The notes under the pieces are model-generated. The model made no database searches, was not told the origin of the DNA, and was given only the letters and a program-made list of their open reading frames with translations. A stretch of 64,000 bases of DNA from Podarcis pityusensis (lineage: Eukaryota). Made by a program: the position numbers and the translations under genes. Position 1 is the stretch's first letter. Every line of letters begins with the position of its first letter. Location: the NCBI GenBank assembly GCA_964106645.2, contig OZ067043.1. One strand, given 5' to 3'. This document shows, piece after piece, positions 12,930-27,733 of this stretch.

Positions 12930-13260
12930 TTCCAGTCTTTACTTGGTTAACCAGTTGTGTCCTTTCCTGGAGAAGTCAGAACTATCCTCAGTTAATCATG
13001 TCTTAGCCACTTCTAGTTTGGATTATTTTAATGCAGTCTCCATAGGTCCACTTTTGAAGGCACATGATAAACTTCAACCAGTTCATCATACTGCCATCAG
13101 ACTTTGCCTAGGATTGGCAGGATGACCCATATTAGGCCAATTTTGTGTCAACTTCAATGGCTTGTGGTCTGTTTCCAGACTCAATTCAAGTGCTAGCTCT
13201 GGCCTTTGAAACCCTAATGGCCTGGCCTTATCTCAGCATCAGAAAACACCACTTGCTGTT
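12930..13260 (+). mobile_element. Degenerate L2-type LINE ORF2 fragment (post-RT region)
   Basis: QLCPFLEKSELSSVNHVLATSSLDYFNAVSIGPLLKAHDKLQPVHHTAIRL resembles the L2 motif HALVTSRLDYCNALY.GLP...KLQ.VQNAAARL. Confidence 0.7.
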
Positions 13261-13996
13261 TGAATCTGCATGCAGCATTGTATTCTAGAATTAACTGAGA
13301 CTTGTTCTACGTAGTCCATACGTAATGATGAAATTTACAGTATATACAAGATTTGTTGCTAAATTTGTTCTTCAGGTTAAGTGTGAATGATTCTGGATTG
13401 AGAAAAACAACATTTTTGTTCCTCAAAGGTTAGTGTATGAACTGTCAGGAAAACAGGGGGAGAAGGAGGGGGGCCCATAGAGGGGTGTAGCCATGACTGG
13501 GACACACTGGGGATGCGGAAGGAGAGGTTGGTGTAGGAAGTACTCACAGGGTGGGGGCCAGTGCACAGGAACCAGAGCAGCAGGACCCATTACCCAAAGG
13601 AGCCCCTGTTTCCATGAACACGGCAGGCTCTGAGGCATAGGAAACGGGGGGTGGGGTGGCTCTAGGTGGCTTAGACAGGCAAGCGGGGGCTTACTAGCTC
13701 TGGGAAGAGGTGTGTGATTCCTCAGTTGGAGTAGATTTGGAACAGGTGAGGGTTACATGCCTCATCAAGTCTAGATGATGCAATCAGTTAAAAGGGAAGC
13801 AGAGCTGATGTGCTGTGTCTGTTCAGCTTCCCATAAATGGTTGGACCATGGCTTGGATGTTCCAAGGAGCTCTTTGGGACTGTTTGTGTAGGACTGGCCT
13901 GCTGGACTGTGTGTTAGCATCCATTGTGGGATTGTGCACTCCAGCAGGACTTGCCACCAGGTACCCCATGGTTCAGGACACTTGGTTTCTATAGAC

Positions 13997-14133
13997 CAGG
14001 CTTCCTCAACCTTGGCCCTCCAGATGTTTTTGGCCTACAACTCCCATGATCCCTAGCTAGCAGGACCAGTGGTCAGGGATGCTAGGAATTGTAGTCTCAA
14101 AAACATCTGGAGGGCCAAGATTGAGGAAGCCTG
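13997..14133. mobile_element. hAT MITE, second copy of the 11501 element in opposite orientation
   Basis: Same CAGGCTTCCTCAA TIRs; exact 8-bp TSD CTATAGAC. Confidence 0.9.
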
Positions 14134-17100
14134 CTATAGACCCTCTTTGTCCCTTCGCCAACAGGGCAGCATGTGAGTTGTGCCTAATGTTTAGACCCTA
14201 AACTATGAAATAACCTCCCAAGAAAGTTTCCTTAGCCTGCTTTGCCTACTTTTAAACAAGCTCTTAATACAATTTTATTCCAGCATGCATTTTAGTTAAA
14301 TATCTGATATATTTTTGTGGTTTTTATGGTGAAGGCTTATGGTGCTGTTCTAGTGCTTTTTAAAATTTTATTTGTAGAGTGGTTTTTAATTTTTGTGATT
14401 TATATTTTTACTTTGTAAATTGCTTTTAATTTGGTTGTATCTTAGAAAAGCAGGATACAAATGGCCAGGTAAACTAACTATGCTCTTAGTGGTACATGAA
14501 GATGTGTGCATAGGGAGAACATGGCAAAGTCAATGTCACTGGATCACCAGTCAGCTCCCCATGTTGATACAGATGCTGAACAATATTATAAGCTACAACA
14601 TATGGCATGTTGGCTCAGAGCACTTTTGCTAACCCCATTTTAGGCAACAATACTATTTTAAAACTTTTAGTACTTGTCATGGGTGTTGAGAAGAATATAC
14701 TGGCCAAGCCACCTGTTGGAGGCTAGGACAAGAATGGGAAACTGGCAGGCGGAGATCTGCCTTTCAACTCAAAATCATGTTTTAGCAATCACAGACCTAG
14801 CTCAAAAGTAAATGGAACAACTGCTGCCTTACACAGGGGCCTCGAGATCCCAGACCATTTCCGCTCAACATTTTTTATCTTCATAAATTTTATTTCCTTG
14901 CCACTGCCATCATATATGATGCGCAGAGGATGACTGTTTCTCAATTTCTCATATATACATATTATGTATCACATACAGCAGGCCATATCCCTTAAACCCA
15001 GTAAATGCACTGGGCTTTTAACAATATGAGAATTGTCTGTTCAATTTGGTATTCAAATAGTTAAATAAAAAGCTTCATCCAGTCAGTCCAGCTGGATCAT
15101 CTCCGCATAACTGACCCTGTCTGCCTGATCTGGTAGTGGATTGTTTACACCACTTTGGTAATTAACCACTATCGGCCTCATTAATGAAACATAAACCACC
15201 TCACCAATTCATTTATAAAGCTCTTGTCAAACATTTAAAACCAAGGGCAAAATCTGAGCAAAGCAGCAGCTCTTTCATAGCTACTGGGACTCTGATTACT
15301 GGTGGTCGCTTTGTTGTTGTTTTTCATTTTTAAAAAAATTAAATTATGGAGTAATCTATTGGTCTTGGCTAGCCCCCCAAAAATCCATCTGTGATCTGAC
15401 ATTTAGAAGAGTAACGCTTGGGCAATTATGCTGCGCCCTTCCCTTCCCTCCCACTACCCCCCCCCCCATGTAGAAGACTGATGTTTTAACTCCTTAACTA
15501 TAAATCATTTAACAATAAAAGCAGGAATGTAGCCCAAAGCAGGCACAGTTCCTTAGAAGATCCCCTTCCTCGTCCTCCTATAATAGAAGTGGGAACAAAG
15601 TTCATGTTGAGGTGCTATATTAGGAATAACCAACATGGTGCCCTCCCATTGTTGGACTACAGTTCCCATCATCCCTTATCATTGACCATGTTGGCTGGGA
15701 TGATGAGAGCTGGAGTCTAACAGCCATCACAAGGTAACCACATTGTCTACTCCTGTGCTGTAACTCACAATTTATGTGCATTTAACTTGTGTGCATTCAG
15801 CTTTATGCGCTTGGCAAAAAAATTAATAGAAGGGGGCAGGGTTCTGGGGAAAATGACTTTGGCAATCCTACCCACCATTGAACCCAATATGTTTTGACTA
15901 TATGTGATTTTGGCTTTACGCTCAGAACAGCATATACATATATTTTCCCCATTGTATAACTAGGTTTATAAGTTGCATCTGAGGAGGAATGGTTGCTTAT
16001 TGAAAGCAATTAATGCTTTATATATAAATTACACATTGGGTTGGATCCAGACTAAGACAGTTGAACGTGGGTCCTGTTGTAATTAATAGGACAGGATATT
16101 CATTATTTAATTTAAGTCCCTTTAGTTTCAATGGGACTTAAGTTCAGGTAAGACTGTAATCCTATACACATTTATCTAGGAATAAATCCAATTAAACACA
16201 AGGAGGCTTGGTTTTAAGTAAGCCTGTCTTGGGTTGCACTATTAGGTTGGACTCGGTCCACTGTATCTTGTTCACTGGAGAAGTTCCTTCACTGAAATCT
16301 ACCTCTCATTTCTTGCAGCTACATACCTATATTGTGGGCTTGCCACTTGAGTTGTGTTTTGGTTTTGATTTATTTGTTTATTTGGTGTAACTGAGTAATT
16401 CTGTAAGTACTAGGGTTTAATTATAGCTGCCTGCATCACTCCTCCTCCTCCTCTTTACAACAATCCTGAAAAGTAGGTCATTATTATGCCTATGTTGCAG
16501 ATAGGAAACTGCAGCTAAGTGAATTGCCTAGATCCATCTGGGCCTCAGTTTGACAGTTTAACATGAGGCCAGAAATTGTCCTGACCCAGGCCTCTGACTC
16601 CTCATCCTCATGTTCAACTGGGAGAAGAATGTGTGCTCTGGCCCAGCCTGTGACATACCTGCCTCCTCAAAAAAATCCAGCACCAGAGGAACTTGCAGTC
16701 CTGGTGCCTCTCCAGCCTATAAGGCCCATTGCCATCTTTGGGCGCTGGTTAGGAGGCTGCAGTAGAACCACAGCCTCCCTTGACTGTCAGAGTCCATGAC
16801 TCCTAAAACACTTTTTAAGAGTAGAGGCTTCACTCATTGGGTGGGGCTAGCTGCTTAAAGAAACCTGCAGTTTCATTTCCAAATAAAAAATGGAAATGGG
16901 GCTTAAGCTTTCCTTGAAGTCTGTCCTGATGGCCTTTCTTTCTGATTCTAGTAGTACAGAATTGAGGGAGGGCTGGTTATGCTTATGCAGGAAGCAACCA
17001 CTATGTGTTGACATGCAATTTATTGTTGCCTTTCAGGACCAAGCTCTCATGCTGAAACTTGTTTCAGCAGCCAAGGTAAAGAACATTTGTATAGAAAAAG

Positions 17101-18548
17101 AGATGCCTAGGCTAGGTATCTTTTGCCATTGGCTTGTGTAGAGTCCACCTTCAGTCTGAAACTAGTCTGTTTTATCTTTTGTAATGCCCTGTTTTGTTTT
17201 AGTATTTTAAACTGAACTGCATTGGCAGAATTATGGTATTTAAATATAAATGCAGTCCATCAGCCAATGAATACAGGCTTCAGTTGGTTTGTGCTTACAC
17301 TTGTCTATAAGGAAAACAAACATAGCATTATATGTATTCTAAATTCACTTTAACCTTTTATTCTGCATGAATAAAACTCTTATCAAGTAAGGTCCAAATG
17401 TGTCCTTTGTAAAAACTGCCAAAGTCCTGGTTCTCTTATATGCTGAATACTGCTGTCAAACAAATTGTTGGTCCTCCTACAATCTCCCCGGCTTTTCTGT
17501 GGATGAACAGGCACATGTAAAGCACTATTGAATGTTTGTTCAAGTTTTCAGCACATGTGAAATGCATGGTGGAGGTGGCTATGCTGTGCATTAGAGGCCC
17601 AGGAAATCTGCTCCATTGTTTACTTGGTGGAAGTAATGTGAATAAAGATCACCAACCAGTGCAGTTTCATTTACAGTGAGGTTGTAATAAATCTGGGCCT
17701 CCAATCCATTGTTTCTTTAGAAACACATCATTGTTTCTTTAGAAGCAGTAACCAGCTCTCCCACGGGCTGATTTTCCAGAAACCATAAAATAGGTAGTCC
17801 ATATCAATAAAGGGGCTGCTATATTCATGTATCAGAAAACAAACCCCTAAGAATTTAAAGCTTGAATGAGTAGCAAGTTCTGAGATTTTGTGGCCATTGT
17901 AAAAAAGGTTGTCTCTTCCATCTTAAGCATTAACAGCAGTTAACTAAATGGACACATTTAGTCTCCAGCTTCCTCAACTGATGCTTAATTTAGCAATGCA
18001 TGATTTCTGGCCCTTTGGCAGTACAGCCTATAGGTTCTTGAATGTAATCTCTTGATACTATCCACTTAAATCTGAATGAGAATGGCAATCTTTGGATGCT
18101 GGAATCTTGTTGCTGGGCCTCTGCCACAAAAATGTTGTTCAACAGCAGTGTTCAAATAGGGTTTGCAGATTTCAGAAAAACTGTTGATCGTTTATATAGC
18201 GCAAGAAGACAGCAATTAGACAGGAGTTCCTGGCTAGCATTAAGGATTGGCCATTCTTCTTCTTCAGAGAGCTGGTTAGGTAACAACATAAAGAGACTTC
18301 TGTTTTATGTCAAGTATTTTAGAGAAATTTGACTAGTAACATCAATAGTGAAATAAGCCAGTGGTGGATATGAATCATATTAGTCTTCTTTGAATGAGCT
18401 ACTAGAGAGTATTCCTAAATTCTGTAGTGGGAAGGATGAACTTCTAGTTTGGATTCCACCCTTGTGCACAAGAAAGCCAACCTACTCATTCTCTCCAGTG
18501 ACACATGTAAAGGAAGCATCTCTGAGCATGTCAATCTCAACATTAGGG

Positions 18549-18720
18549 AAGCAGCTGTACCTCTTTGTAGTAGAGCACGTTCTTTGCTTGCAAAAGCTTC
18601 CAGGTTAAACCCTATGGATCTTCAGGCAGGACTGGGAAATATTAATTTCTGAAACACCCAGAGCCACTGTCACATCAGTGAGGATGTTGGACCAATTATC
18701 TGATGAGCTTCCTGTGTTCT
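18549..18720 (+). mobile_element. tRNA-derived SINE remnant
   Basis: GCTGTACCTC...GTAGAGCACGTTCTTTGCTTGCAAAAGCTTCCAGGTTAAA head; same family as 39997-40150. Confidence 0.45.
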
Positions 18721-21700
18721 ATTTTATTTCTTCAAGATGGTATGACTTCTGATATTAAACAGTTCTATTATGGAATTATTGCTGCAGAGCAGCAGTACAA
18801 GTAATAAGATCACTTGCCTAACCACTTGCCACTTGTATTTTGGAACTGCAACTGCTACTGCTGCAATTCTGTAGTGAATACAGAGCCACTTGGTTACTGT
18901 TCTCTTCCATTCAGTGGCTTGTGCTAAATTCAGAGAACCAGGCTTGTCCCTGGACTGTTAATTTGCTTGGCTCTTTGTGGACATGTCTGGATTTCTTCAA
19001 AGCACATGGCAGATAAGAACAAGTGCTGAAGCACAAATAGTTGCAGTGATGCTGATTCTCGAGTCCTCAAACCCGCAGCTTTGTAAATCATCAACAGTGG
19101 CTGTACTGCAGAGACCTTGCTCCCATCCTACTTGCTCTCTTTGGTTTATTAGCACACACATAGTACCAAAAGAATATGTTCTCTATTACAGTAATCCCAC
19201 AACTTGTGCTTGCTTTGCTTACGTGATCACAACCTTACACAGGCATGGGGGTGAGCATAAATGAATATATAGAGAGCAGGAAATCCCACTGCTCTCCACT
19301 GTCCATTTATTTTCACCTCACCCTCCACACACAGTCGGTTTTTCTGGCTTACCAGGCGTGACTACTGCTGTTGAGGATATATTTGCTGAACGGTGAACTG
19401 CAGAATTTCTTTTAATTTGCCTACACACAAAACCTGTGCTTCTCTTGAACACTCAAATCCTGACTGTTCAGAAAATTGGCACTTTCACTAGGTGAGCAAT
19501 ATATGTACACTAGTGTTGGCTTAAGCTGTTGGAATATTTGGCTATTGTGAAATGTCATTTCCCAGAGATGTGATAGCCTGTTTTTCTGTTTAAACGGTAA
19601 GCTGCTTAGAGAAAGGACTTTGTCCTGGTGGACATCCAAAAGGAAACCCAAGCCAGCTGCCCAAATGTTGCCAGCTTAAAAGTATCCTGGTCAAAGGCAT
19701 CAGAATTAAACCACAGACCCAAATTATTGGTTTAACTTTATTTCTTTGAGGTACTATCTTGCTGGGTAGTAAAATCCAGGAATGGTTTGACTGGTTTGGT
19801 CCACTATTCAATGGTGTTCATTGCTTGTGGTGTGGCCACTTATTTATTTCTTTATTTCTTTATTTACTTACTTACTTACTTAATTTATTTGCAAATTTAA
19901 CAAAGAAAAGAGGGAAATTAAAGAAAATAATAATATACAACAGGAGGATGTCAGGAGGAGCTGGGGGTGGAGCTAAATGCAGCAGCCACACAGTTGCTGC
20001 CCCTCCACCTTCTCCTGGTGCTGCTACCAATGGGAGGCTGCTTCAACCCCCCCTTCCCCTCTGCAGCAGCAGCAGGAGGAGGAGCCAGGCACTGGAGCTG
20101 TTCCATGTTTTGCCTCCATGCTTTTTAGACACTGAGGGGGCCCGCTTCCTACCCCAAAAATATTTGGGGGGGCAAAAGGGCTCAGCCCCCAGGAGCTGGT
20201 GCCCCTGCCTTGAGACTCAAATTGCCTTGGTGACTAGGAGTATGTGTTCTCCCTTGCTGCTTTTCCACTCAAAAGTCACTTGCTTTCTTTTCTCTTTTCT
20301 TTTTTTTAAAAATGGTATCTGTGCTCCATAACATGCATAACATGTCATTGGCTCCTCTGCCATGCTATTTATGGGAACATCTTATCATTGCTAATGAAAA
20401 AATGTAGCAGAACAGAAGCATTTGAGACACGAAAGAGCATTCTAGCCTGCAGAGTGTTTACATTCACGTTACAAACCAAGAACCCCCTTGAAACAGCATG
20501 TGGAAGTGGGTGGAATACCCTGAGGCTGAAAGAACAACCAGCTGACCCTCTACCTTCCTACAGTTAATACAGCTCACTGGCCATTTGGGAAGGAGAGTTA
20601 TTTAAGACTTACTGGAACCCTGGTTGTTAAGTATGTGTTTGCTCTGGAATTATATATTTGCAGCAATCAGTCAACATTAGTATCCAGGGGCCTGCTTTCG
20701 CTTGGTTGTTTTGCTGCAGAGAACCAACCCTTCCAACTCTAATCCAGCAACCACTTTAGCTGGTGTGTTTGTACTTAAGCTGAGCAAGCTGTAGCAAATA
20801 GAATTTAATTAGGCTGTGGTGCTTTTTTTACACATTTATCATCTGCAGCCATAAACCACACGTTGCACTTGACTCTTGGCAAAGCGGTGGGGGAAAACTC
20901 AAAACAACAAATATTTGAGTTCTAGTTCTGGTACCCTTTGTGGGAGGTCTTGATGGTCAGAGGTGGACTCACACTACAGAATAAGTATGCTGCTTTCCCA
21001 CCCCACCCCCCAATTAAGAAAGAAAAGATTTCCTGTAAGGGTTGTAGAGGGTAAACAATAGACACCAGGAAAATAGGAGAATGAAAGCTGTCTTCTGAGG
21101 GATGTTAACCAGCTCCTGAGTGTTACTGTGCTGAGACATGCAGGCAAATTCCATTTTTAATTGTATTTAAGAGAGCATATAAAGTTGTGTTTGAACACTG
21201 GATATTTCTTTTCACACACAAAAATCTCAGTTTTATTAAATTCCTTTAGGATCACAGAGAAGATGTAGTAAAAGTAGATGCAGGGGGGGTGCAATTCTGA
21301 GTAAAATTTAGTTGCATACCACCCATAGTTATATGCAGAGTAGACCTATTGAAATGACTGAACATGGCTAAGGTCCATTAATTTCAATGGGTCTACTCAG
21401 AGTAAAACTTAGCTGGATACCACCCTATCTCATATCTGTCCATAGTCACCTGATAACATTTTTTTTTTAAAAAAACTGAATATCAAACTGAACAATCTCT
21501 TGCAAGCATGCTTTTGGTTTTACAATGGAACAAAATGGCGTATCTGGGTCAGGGATAGGGGACCTGTGGCCCTCAGGACCTATTGCTGCACTACATCCCC
21601 CATAAGCCCCAAACAGCATGGCATTGCACAGGGATGATGGGAGTTGTAGTCCAACTGTAACAATTGCCACAGGTTCCTGACCCCTAATTGAAGTTAACTG

Positions 21701-24700
21701 TTGTGTGAACAAGCCAGGCTGGATTTGAATATTTCTAAGCACCACTGTTTGTCTGCTGAAGTCTAAGGTACAAATTCTCTGGCCAACATCATCAGTAATC
21801 CATCCTGGCTTAAATCATGTGGAGACCAAATCTTTGCTAAATACGTTCAGCTCATTACCAGCTCACATATTTTTGCCCAAAATGTAGCAGTTGCCCTTTG
21901 GGGGAGAAGCATCAGTTAGTTTGTTCCTATCTGTACTTTTCCTGTTGGGACAGCTCTGTACTTTATTTGACAAAATGCAGCCATGTGGCTAAAAGAACTA
22001 TTAAAAGCATTAAAGCATTAACCTCTCATAACCCCATTTTTCACTTTGTACACATCCATAAGTGTTTAATTGAACTGGAGTTAAACACAGAAAACTTGGA
22101 GAAGTCAACTTTATACATTCCCTTCAGTTTATACAAAGCCAGCACGATAAGAAGCCAAAAGAACTAGAAAGAAGACAGCACCATGTGGACAAATTTAGGG
22201 GTTTATGCTGCTTTTTATAACAGATTACAGGGGTTTTTTTCCTGCAAAGGTGCCAGTTAAAGTGTGGATGCTTTTACAAAGAACGTGCTCTGGATGAAAG
22301 AATTAAGATAAGTCTCTCAATAGATACTAAGCGACAAACTAGATGTCACTAAACTATGCATGCAACTACATATCTTGTTTTTTCCTTAAATAATTACAGG
22401 GGTGGGGGAGACCAATTATTCAACAAAGGAAGACTTATCTCTTTACTCCCCCACTAAGATCAGAATGGATGGGGATGTTAAATGGGGACATTTTTTCCTT
22501 TTGGCTCCTAGCCACAAGAATGAACAACCCCCACCCCCCATGTGCTGCCTTCACAATGATAACTAGGCTCTCCTGCCCTTGTAATTTAGTGCATAGCTGC
22601 TTGCTATGTTTAACTACACTTCAAAATTAACATGATGTGATTCAATAAATGCACATATTACATTTTTGCAGAAGATCCACCTGTCTTTTCTCAAGTTTCT
22701 ATTGGGCATTAATTTCAGCAGGACATTTTGGGAGATGCAGGGGTTGGAAATTAATCCTATTCAACTCAGTACATAACAATGACCATCCCAAAACTTTTGC
22801 AGACACAAACAGAATTGAAAGCGGGATTGTGAGTGACCACCCTGCCCCAATAGCAGCATGATCACCATGAATGCACAATGAAAAGGACGTCTGGATGGGC
22901 CTTAAGCATAGGAATGCTGGTGAGCCTTTTAAAAGAAACCGATGAACAGAAGCAATGCAAGCTCCTTTCCCCCAGCAATTCACTGACACCGATAATTTTT
23001 CACCCTCTTAATATCTCTATTGACGCTTTGAAGGCAATGTGCTTCTCCTCTCCAGCACTGGGGCCCTAGGGTATCAACATTTTAATTGATCACTGTAGGT
23101 ATGTGTTTAACAGTAGCTTGATATGGAGACATTAGCAGCTGATAATGTTTATTTCCATGTCAAGGCCAATTTCTGTGCATCAAACTGCTGTTAGAAAAGC
23201 AGGCAAGGCTGATTCCCGCCGCCCCTCCCCCCCACTTTGCAAACTTTGGAGCAACCACAAATAAAAACCCTATGGGGTGTGTGTTAAGCTACAACAAATC
23301 CTCTGCATCTGGGCAATTCCTTTGTCAGAAAGGCTACTCCTTTATGTGGGGACTGAATATCATGCACTGCATATTTGCCAAGTGTGAATTTAGCAGTACT
23401 GTATCAGGATTGGAGGTAGAGGGCTTGGGTTGTGTGAAAGTTACTTTTGCCACCTTGTTGCTTTTCTTACAGATGTTACCATGCCAAGACAACAAAGACT
23501 TTTGTGCTTGATGAATACAACAAAACCTACATCCCTGATCTTAAGTGAACACATTTATTTGCAAATCTGGAGATAAAGGTTTCTTGTCTTCCCAGGTGAG
23601 CCTCATACAAGCAGGAGATCCAAATATGTGTACTATGTTTGGTGCAGACACCCAGCTTACAGTCTTGTGAAAATGCAAAAGAAAAGATTAGGTTCCAATT
23701 ATGGAGATGTACTTCAATGTAACTGAGTCTGGGGCCCATCAGACATCATGCAAGAAAGTCAAAAGAAGCACAGAAAATCTACACACTGAACCCAAGCCGG
23801 TCGCTACCTCTTAGCCTAACCTACCTCTCGGGGTTGAACCATGTACACCACCTTGAGCTCCTTGTCAAAAAGGTGTAATATAAACACAGTAAAGAAATGC
23901 AAGGGGAAAGTCTGTAATGCACTGGAAGAGGGCGAGGATGCGTCTTGATTTGAACCAGGGCCTTCAGCAGCTAGTCTTTGTTGCCTTCTGTCACCAGAAG
24001 GTTCCTTGACAAACCAGGAAGATATAGCATTATGAGTTAAAGCTTCAGTACTGGATTGAATACTGTCATCTGGACCCCAACCCCATACCCTAAATCCCTG
24101 CCATTCAACACCTTGCCATTGGGAAATGCTGCTGAAAAGACTTACTCTGCTTTGTCTTTTTGCTATAGAATTTAACCATTGGCCCATCAACCTCTAGCTC
24201 TCTGGATCCTGACCTGCCTGTGCAGCAACTGAGTATCCATATAATTTTAGCAGAAACTGCAGAAACCAGAAGATTAAACATTTCATAGCAGGGCACCAGC
24301 AGCAGACAACATGGTGGGGTGAACCTCCCAGTAGGTGAGTCACTGCTGCTTGCCAGGGTGAGATGGTGGTGACATTGGTGCATTGCAAAAGCCCCAGTGA
24401 GGTCAGTCCTGTGGTCCTGACAGTGCTTTTGCACCACACTGCCCTGCCTGCTGCCTCACCCTTCGCAGTAAGCATCAGAAACTTGCTGCTCTATTATATC
24501 ATGAATATTTTTAAAATACCAAAGCAGCAATGTTATGGAGTGGGAGAAACGAAAGTATGTAATGTGGGTGAGTTATTGCGCGCTCTCTCTCTCTCTCTCT
24601 ATGTGTGTGTGTGTTACACATCAGGAATTCATAACCTATAATGGATTTTAAAAGCAAGGTGTGAAAAACCATACTTTTGGCTTTAGTGGCTGGGATTTAA

Positions 24701-25689
24701 CTGGTACCCTTATACTCACAGAAGGGATCCAGTGGAGGCATCTGCTTACAGAGGAGTGGGGGATTTTTGCCTTTTTATCCTTCCATGTGTAACTCTCCCT
24801 GACACCACTGGTTCTGGAAGGCCCCTTAACTCTCAGGAGCTGATTGTCAGGGGGCTGTTAGTGCAGGGGTAGGGAACCTATGGCCCTTGAAACATTGGAC
24901 TCCCAACTCCCATTAGCCCCAACCAGTATGAGAAGTGGTCAGGGATGATGGGAGTTGGAGCCCAAGAACATCTGCATGGCCTGGAAGGCCACAGGTTCCT
25001 CTTATGTTAGCAGATGCCTTTTCTGCATCGTAAGCCATTTCATGAATGCAAGGGCAGCACTTAGACTCAGTCCCCTTAAATCAGAGAAAAACATCACAAT
25101 ACTCAATATAATGAAGGTGTGTTGTACACTTTCTTGGAAAAACAGCCTGAAGATCCTAATTGCAGAAAGTTGGAGCAAGCATTGAATAAAGGTTTTTCAG
25201 TAATACTGTTTTTAAAGGCCAATAGGTCTGAGCCATTACAAAAATGTCCCATTGAACAAAGTTAAATGAAGAATCAAGGACACCAGCTATCACTAAGAGT
25301 ACCTTCTCTTAGCAAATAAGTAACAAAGACTCCAGTTTCCGTAACAGAATGTCTGGTTTTCGGTTTGTTTGTTTTAGAAAACATGAATAGAGGCTGTTTA
25401 CTGTGAAAAGGAGCAAACAAGAATATTAGATAAGATGACATATTGACAAATCTCAGCCTGGAATTCATTAAACACTTTTAAAGGCAGTATTTAAATAGAT
25501 AACCAGGGCCTGTCAGGTCAAGGATAGGAATCCATGTGCCATGCAAATATACGAGTCCAACTGTTTACAGTATAGCAAGAAAATGAGGCACAGTCCTTTG
25601 AGAACTAGGGCAGGAATGAATAGGCTCAGGGTTCTTTCAGCAAGCTTGTGTGTGTTGCAATGGTCAACATAACTATGACTAAAGAAAGC

Positions 25690-25830
25690 AGACCATATAT
25701 CCATCTAGTGCAATACAGTTGACACTGACTGGCAGCAGCTCTCCAGGGTTTCATGCAGGGGTCCCTCTATATACCTGGGATTGAACCTGGAACTTTTTGT
25801 GTGTAAAGCAAGCATTCTGCCACTGAGCTA
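25690..25830 (-). mobile_element. tRNA-derived SINE remnant
   Basis: Reverse complement TAGCTCAGTGGCAGAATGCTTGCTTT...CCAGGTTCAATCCC contains A and B boxes. Confidence 0.55.
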
Positions 25831-27733
25831 AACTCTTTCCTAGTTGCAATTCCAGGTTGCACAACTGTTCAGCCAGTTCCTGATTTTCACATCACAACTA
25901 ACTTTCCTTGAGTTACCTCCCCTTCTTAACACAAAACTGCTCCAGAACAAGTTTTGAGGATAAGAAGCAAACAGCCCACAGCCAATAGGATATGTTTTTA
26001 TTCTAATCTTCAAAGTAACAAACTCTGCAGTGAATTCCTTTAGTGGGCCTGGGGTGGGAAGCTCCTGAAATTGTTTTCTGAGAAACATCTGATTGTTTAG
26101 AAAATACATTTTTTGACCCTGGAAAGTCATTCAGAAAACACAAAATATTTGTACACAGTCTCTTAACAGTGGACAGATTTCTGGGCCCTCTTCTTGCCAT
26201 ATCAGTCCTTAGATGCAACTGCAAATGACAACACTGCACAGTGGGATTTGTTTATAAAAGCCTTTGTTTACAGAAATCCTTAATTTGCCAAATTCTAGTT
26301 TCTTGGCATGATAGTGGTTTAAACGCAACATTCCTTATATCATTTTGCTCTCTACTTCCATGAGTAGGCCGCACTAATATAAATACGGGGGGGGGGGCAC
26401 ACAAACATCCATGTTAGACAGAAGGAACATAAGCAATACTGCCAACGTTTGCTAGAGCAGTCTCATCACCACCCCTGCTCCAGATGTTACAGAAATTAGC
26501 ACGGGGCTTAAGTTGAATTCTGTATATACTTGTCAGGCCACTGGATTCAATAGGACTTATTTCTGAGTAGACATGGCTAGGATTGCATTGTTGAACAGTT
26601 TTTAATTTAACTATTTGCACCATATCAATCCTGCATTTCCTTTCCCTACAATAGATCCCTTTATGAACCTTAGGTAGGAAATGCAAATCTCTTTTCAAGT
26701 GACAGCAAGGTTAGGGCATACAACTTCAATTACTGTAGTGAGCAAGCACTCATAACAAAGAGAAATAACAATTAAAAGTTCCACCCAGCCTTCTCTTCCT
26801 GTTCTGATTACAATCTTCCATGTGCAGGACAAAAGTAGTGGAAGTAGAATTCAGTTGTAAACATGTAAATAACACATCCTCTTGGCAACATGACCACTGC
26901 CTAAAAAAGCTAATTTGCTCTGTCCTTGTTTTTTGGGACTGAATTCTGGGTTGTTGTTGTATTAAAGAAAACATTAGGGCTAGTAAGATAGACCAACAGG
27001 AGAAGTTAAAAGCAAGGATTCCATGTGTCAATCCAATTGTGGTTTTGTTTTGTTTTTTGTTTTGTTTTGTAAATACAGGTTTGCTAGAATCAGACTTTGG
27101 GAAATTCGGTACTACTGTCTCCTCAAATCAAGTAATAATTATTTAAATATTTTTTTACAATGCACTTTAAAAAAGGATCTTGGAACAACTTACAGATAAT
27201 AAGTAATATAGTCACTGCTCTCAGGTTTGCCAAGTTAAAAGACAAGATCAAAATGCAAAAAACAAAACAAAACCATATTAGGGTAACACCTTCAGGCAAC
27301 CAAAATAATGTGCAAGCTTTCAAATTCTTTTATCCGGCTAGGTGGGGAATCTTTTCAGCCAGACAGCTGTAGTCTCCTGGACATTCTCCAGAGAGCCATG
27401 CACCAGTGGTAAGCAGCCCTAGCAGCAGAAGTGGACAGAACATCAAATGTAAATTTTGCCATTGTACCATAGGCTGGTTTCTACACACCCTCCCTCTTGT
27501 CCATCCAGACAAGCAAGAGAAATTCCAATCAAGCAAAAAATACTTGGGAGTTTGAAGCAGGACCTGGATGGTAAACAGAGTAATGGGGGAGGGAGTTGGG
27601 TGACACGGACACCACGGAATCAGCATTGGGGCACGCAAGGATAAGGAAATGAGGAGGGTGGAGGAAAACAGAAAGCTTGAGCACTAGCTACAATTCTTGT
27701 AAGGACTTGCTGGAACGAAAACAGGGCAGTCAA

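Noticed and set aside
19759-20331. 190-aa ORF
   Set aside because: Runs through low-complexity and probable repeat-derived sequence; no domain or splice support.
23816-24475. Cluster of 90-124 aa minus-strand ORFs as a possible unannotated gene
   Set aside because: No recognisable homology and no consistent exon structure; cannot be supported without transcript data.
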